From Desulfatiglandales bacterium (GTDB lineage Bacteria; Desulfobacterota; DSM-4660; Desulfatiglandales; Desulfatiglandaceae): a stretch of DNA of 64,000 bases. Positions 60,866 to 64,000 of the stretch are shown here, one piece after another. How positions within the stretch are numbered: the stretch's first letter is position 1; each line of letters opens with the position of its first letter. The notes under the pieces are model-generated. The model was not told where the DNA came from. It was given only the letters and a program-made list of their open reading frames with translations, and ran no database searches. The stretch lies in assembly GCA_963666345.1 (NCBI GenBank), contig OY762721.1, forward strand, positions 3,424,001 to 3,488,000, written 5' to 3'. The position numbers and the translations under genes are program-made.

Positions 60866-62083
60866 ATGCGAAAGTTATCATTATTTGTAATGATTGTATT
60901 CATGGTTTTCTCGGTTTGTTCTTGCGGTGAAAAAGCAGAAGACAAGACCAAGGAAATCCAGGAGTTAAAACAAAAGATCGCTGATTTAGAAGCCGAAAAT
61001 GCTCAACTCAAAAAGAAGATAGAAGAATTAACAAAGAAACCTGTCATTAAGCTGGGTGTTGCCGGTGCTCACAGCGGAGATCTTGCGTCTTATGGCATAC
61101 CTTCCGTAAAGGCTGCTGAACTGGTGGTCAAAGATGTCAACGCGAAGGGAGGAATCCTGGGCAGGGAGGTCCTGCTTCTGGTGGAAGATGATGCATGCAA
61201 GCCTGAAGTTGCCACAAACACGGCCACAAAGCTGCTGTCTCAGGGCGTTGATATTGTGATGGGACACATCTGCAGCGGCGCCACGAAGTCGGCCCTGGGT
61301 ATTTACAAGGATTCAAATATCATATGCATGTCACCATCGGCCACTAATCCTCCCCTGACCCAGAGCGGCGACTACCCCAATTTTTTCAGGACGATCGCCT
61401 CCGACGACGCACAGGCAAGGCTTGAGGTTGATTTCGCCACAGACAAACTGGGGCTCAAAAAGATCGCCGTTATCCATGACAAGGGTGACTATGGCAAGGG
61501 CCTGGCCGAGTTTGCCAAGGAATTCATCGAAAAGGACGGGAAGGCGGAAGTCGTTCTTTTTGAAGGCGTTACCCCCGGTGCTGTTGACTATTCGGCGGTA
61601 GTACAGAAGATCAAACGTTCCGAGGCCGACGGCGTAATCTTCGGCGGTTATCACCCCGAGGCATCTAAGATCGTCATGCAGATGAAAAAGAAGAGACTGA
61701 AAATACCCTTTATCTCTGATGACGGTGTAAAGGACGACACCTTTATCAAGGTCGCTGGAAAGTACGCTGAAGACGTATACGCAACAGGACCTAATGATGT
61801 CTCCCAAAACCCTCTGGCGGTCGCCGCCACAGAGGCCCATAAGAAGGCATACGGCTCAGATCCGGGCGCCTTTTTCCTGAATGCCTATACCGCCACCATG
61901 GCGCTTCTCAATGCCGTGGAAAAGGCAGGTTCAACCGATTTCGACGCGGTCAAAAAGGCACTTCAGACCGAATATGTGGACACCCCTTTCGGAAATATCA
62001 GCTTTGATAAGAAGGGTGATCCGATCGGAATCGGATTTGCCATGTACCAGGTCCAGAATGGCCAGTATGTGGAACTCAAGTAG
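60866..62083 (+). CDS. livK: Branched-chain amino acid ABC substrate-binding lipoprotein
   Basis: Lipobox CSC, EDDAC, GHICSG, SATN, FFRT, DYGKGLA. Confidence 0.9.
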   Translation: MRKLSLFVMIVFMVFSVCSCGEKAEDKTKEIQELKQKIADLEAENAQLKKKIEELTKKPVIKLGVAGAHSGDLASYGIPSVKAAELVVKDVNAKGGILGREVLLLVEDDACKPEVATNTATKLLSQGVDIVMGHICSGATKSALGIYKDSNIICMSPSATNPPLTQSGDYPNFFRTIASDDAQARLEVDFATDKLGLKKIAVIHDKGDYGKGLAEFAKEFIEKDGKAEVVLFEGVTPGAVDYSAVVQKIKRSEADGVIFGGYHPEASKIVMQMKKKRLKIPFISDDGVKDDTFIKVAGKYAEDVYATGPNDVSQNPLAVAATEAHKKAYGSDPGAFFLNAYTATMALLNAVEKAGSTDFDAVKKALQTEYVDTPFGNISFDKKGDPIGIGFAMYQVQNGQYVELK

Positions 62084-62098
62084 TTAACCAGGAATCTG

Positions 62099-62137
62099 AA
62101 ACCGGGGGCCGGACGTTTTTGTCCGCCCCTGGTTTTT
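62099..62137 (+). terminator. Hairpin after livK
   Basis: AAACCGGGGGCCGGAC..GTCCGCCCCTGGTTTTT. Confidence 0.65.
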
Positions 62138-62204
62138 GTTCCAAGCCGTCTCAATTATCTTGCGCCCCGCGCTGTCTCAAGGGCCCTTTGGAATAATACC
62201 CGAT

Positions 62205-63107
62205 ATGGAATATTTCCTTGAATTATTTTTCGGCGGATTGACCCGCGGCAGTATCTACGCCCTGATAGCACTGGGCTACACAATGGTCTACGGGATCATT
62301 GAATTGATAAACTTCGCCCATGGGGAGATCTACATGATCGGGGCCTTTATAGGGCTCATAGTCGCCAGTGTCCTGACCCTGCTCGGTCTGAATCACATTG
62401 CCATCATAGTTATCGCCTCCATTGTCGCGGTTATCTATTCAAGCGCCTATGGTTTTACGATCGAAAAAATCGCCTACAAGCCGCTTAGAAACGCACCCAG
62501 ACTCTCCGCACTCATCAGTGCCATCGGGATGTCTCTTTTCCTCCAGAACTATGTGCTGATCGCCCAGACCTCCGACTTTCTGCCGTTTCCGAGCCTGATT
62601 CCAGACTTTGAATTCATGGAGCCTATTGCGCATATCATCTCTTCACAGGAGCTTGTCATACTGATCTGCACCGCCGTTGTCATGATCCTTCTTACCTATC
62701 TCATAAAGTTTACCAGGACGGGCAAGGCGATGCGTGCCACATCCCAGGACAAGCAGATGGCCGCCCTTGTGGGGATAGATGTAAACAGGGTGATTTCGGT
62801 CACCTTTGTCGTGGGATCGGCCACCGCCGCATTAGGCGGAGTGCTTATAGCCTCTCATATCGGCATGATAAATTTTTACATAGGTTTTATCGCGGGAATA
62901 AAGGCATTCGTCGCGGCGGTTCTGGGCGGCATCGGGAGCATTCCGGGAGCCGTTCTGGGCAGTTTCGTGCTGGGGTGGACAGAGTCCTTTGCCACCGGCT
63001 ATATCTCAAGCGATTATGAAGACGTATTCGCCTTTCTCTTCCTTGTCTTCATTCTGATCTTCAGGCCTGCGGGCATCCTGGGACGATCAGAGAATCAGAA
63101 GGTGTAA
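62205..63107 (+). CDS. livH: Branched-chain amino acid ABC permease
   Basis: YALIALGYTMVYGIIELINFAHG, LGGIGS. Confidence 0.93.
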   Translation: MEYFLELFFGGLTRGSIYALIALGYTMVYGIIELINFAHGEIYMIGAFIGLIVASVLTLLGLNHIAIIVIASIVAVIYSSAYGFTIEKIAYKPLRNAPRLSALISAIGMSLFLQNYVLIAQTSDFLPFPSLIPDFEFMEPIAHIISSQELVILICTAVVMILLTYLIKFTRTGKAMRATSQDKQMAALVGIDVNRVISVTFVVGSATAALGGVLIASHIGMINFYIGFIAGIKAFVAAVLGGIGSIPGAVLGSFVLGWTESFATGYISSDYEDVFAFLFLVFILIFRPAGILGRSENQKV

Positions 63108-63140
63108 AGGCCTTTTATAGGGGTTTCCTTATATTTTGAC

Positions 63141-64000
63141 ATGTTTTCCTTAAATGAAATAAAAAAATCACTTCTCGCCTCCGCCTGGTTCATGTTCCTG
63201 ACCTTTCCAATCATGGTCATCAGGGTGAACACCATAGAAAACGTGGTCGAATGGCGCTGGAATAACCTCTACATGGTCGGGATCGGCAGTTTCGCGCTCT
63301 CAATGGTGTGGCGGTATATGCTGAAGCGCAAGGAGAGGGGCGGTAAGAAGGCTGATAACGGCCCATCGGACGCAAAACCTCTGGCCCAGAAGATCCTTGA
63401 AAACCGGAAGATCTCGGTGCCTGTGGTTGTGGCCGTATGCATCATAGTAATGTTCTTTCCCTTTGTGTTTTCAATGTATCAGACCAGTATCCTGATAACC
63501 GCCCTTACATATGTGATGCTTGGTCTGGGTCTCAATATAGTTATAGGCCTTGCTGGGCTTCTCGACCTGGGATATGTGGCCTTTTACGCCGTTGGCGCTT
63601 ACAGTTACGCCCTTTTGAATTACCATTTCGGGCTCGGTTTCTGGACTGTCCTACCTATCGCGGCAGGGCTGGGGGCCATGTTCGGAATACTTCTCGGTTA
63701 TCCGGTACTGAGACTCAGAGGAGACTATCTTGCCATCGTGACTCTCGGGTTCGGTGAGATAATCAGGCTCATTCTTGAAAACTGGAACGAGTTCTCATTC
63801 GGCCCGAGCGGCATCGCCAACATACCGAGGCCCTCCTTTTTCGGTATGAACCTGTCTGTTCACAGTGCCACGATATATACCTATTATATAATGGTAGGAC
63901 TCTGCATATTTACCATTTTTGTGGTAAACCGGCTCCAGGACTCAAGGATCGGAAGGGCATGGATAGCGCTCAGGGAGGATGAAATCGCCTGCCAGGCCAT
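63141..64000 (+). CDS. livM: Branched-chain amino acid ABC permease (runs off window)
   Basis: GLNIVIGLAGLLDLGYVAFYAVGAY, LRLRGDYLAIVTLGFGE, GRAWIALREDE. Confidence 0.92.
   Translation, partial: MFSLNEIKKSLLASAWFMFLTFPIMVIRVNTIENVVEWRWNNLYMVGIGSFALSMVWRYMLKRKERGGKKADNGPSDAKPLAQKILENRKISVPVVVAVCIIVMFFPFVFSMYQTSILITALTYVMLGLGLNIVIGLAGLLDLGYVAFYAVGAYSYALLNYHFGLGFWTVLPIAAGLGAMFGILLGYPVLRLRGDYLAIVTLGFGEIIRLILENWNEFSFGPSGIANIPRPSFFGMNLSVHSATIYTYYIMVGLCIFTIFVVNRLQDSRIGRAWIALREDEIACQA

Noticed and set aside
1..64000. tRNA/rRNA genes, cas genes, intact integrase or prophage
   Set aside because: None recognised by eye; a covariance-model scan would be needed to exclude small RNAs

Overview
64-kb chromosomal window from an anaerobic deltaproteobacterium (Desulfobacterota-like, judged from gene content: ahbD/ahbA alternative heme synthesis, hcp, fprA, psp, pyrK-pyrD). 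In order it carries: the end of ahbD plus ahbA; rfbA-rfbC; a sigma54-driven pspABC/pspF locus; a GntR-led cluster (BKACE, TctCBA, three xylose-isomerase-like TIM barrels, RpiB, DhaK/DhaL) suggesting an uncharacterised sugar or sugar-acid pathway; a LIV-type ABC transporter with acyl-CoA ligase; a nitrosative-stress block (three TTGAC-N4-GTCAA boxes, fprA, hcp); a decayed accessory zone (about 43.5-53 kb) with MITE-like elements, attC-like sites and pseudogenes; then pyrK-pyrD and a second liv operon. The strongest signals missing from the ORF track are (1) a 57-aa membrane-anchored candidate selenoprotein (UxxxxC, in-frame UGA, SECIS-like hairpin) at 25796-25969 and (2) a Phe/Tyr-rich leader peptide attenuator (48212-48404) upstream of an uncharacterised 540-aa GNAT-domain gene. 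All calls come from reading the sequence and recalling family motifs; no searches were run.
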